Positions 63,747-64,000 of a stretch of 64,000 nt of DNA are shown here, piece by piece; the stretch's first letter is position 1, and every line of letters begins with the position of its first letter. The stretch spans positions 93,684,001-93,748,000 of the forward strand of contig CM052816.1 in the NCBI GenBank assembly GCA_028534125.1. The letters run 5' to 3'. Under the pieces are notes generated by a model that was not told where the DNA came from, did no database searches, and saw nothing but the letters and a program-made list of their open reading frames with translations. A program made the translations under genes and the position numbers. The stretch is from Lama glama. Taxonomy: Eukaryota.

Positions 63747-64000
63747 TGTATGAGTCTGCTAGCGCTACCCTAACCAAATGTCATAGTCTGGGTGGCTTAA
63801 ACACAGAAGTGTATTTTCTCACAGGTCTGAATACCGAAAGTCCAAGAACAAAATCTTGGCAGATCTGAATTCTCCTGAGGCCTCCGCCTTTAACTTGTGA
63901 TGTTAAGCTACCTTCTTGCTGTGGCTTTACATGGCTTTCCTCTCTGCACAGGCATTCCTGGTGTCTCTTCCTTTCCTGATAAGGGCATCAATCAATACAG
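63747..64000 (-). mobile_element. MaLR LTR (MLT1A/B-like), truncated by the window end
   Basis: tgtatgagtctgctag...ctgggtggcttaaaca...ttttctcacag...aagtccaaga...ccttcttgctgtg. Confidence 0.85.

Noticed and set aside
1..64000. CRISPR array, operon or prokaryotic defence system
   Set aside because: The DNA is mammalian and repeat-rich, with no regularly spaced repeats or gene-dense ORFs.

Overview
This is AT-rich mammalian genomic DNA, intronic or intergenic. It is most likely camelid, judged from two tRNA-derived SINEs and two young L1 3' ends that match the alpaca/camel-type repeats as I recall them. I recognise no protein-coding gene, functional RNA gene, CRISPR array or operon. The ORF track consists of chance ORFs, N-gap artefacts and decayed L1, L2 and MaLR frames. 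The window is a mosaic of L1, L2, MIR, MaLR/ERVL LTRs, hAT DNA transposons and microsatellites, with two 500-N gaps. I found no convincing novel biological system. The best leads are: several candidate splice units on both strands, including a minus-strand 10-nt microexon or recursive-splice motif; a 31-bp fold-back hairpin fused to an L1 5' junction; up to three 5'-inverted L1s; an in-place micro-inversion inside an L2; and a roughly 2:1 minus-strand bias of LTR/L1 elements. Repeat subfamily names come from recall of consensus sequences, not a database search, and boundaries are approximate.
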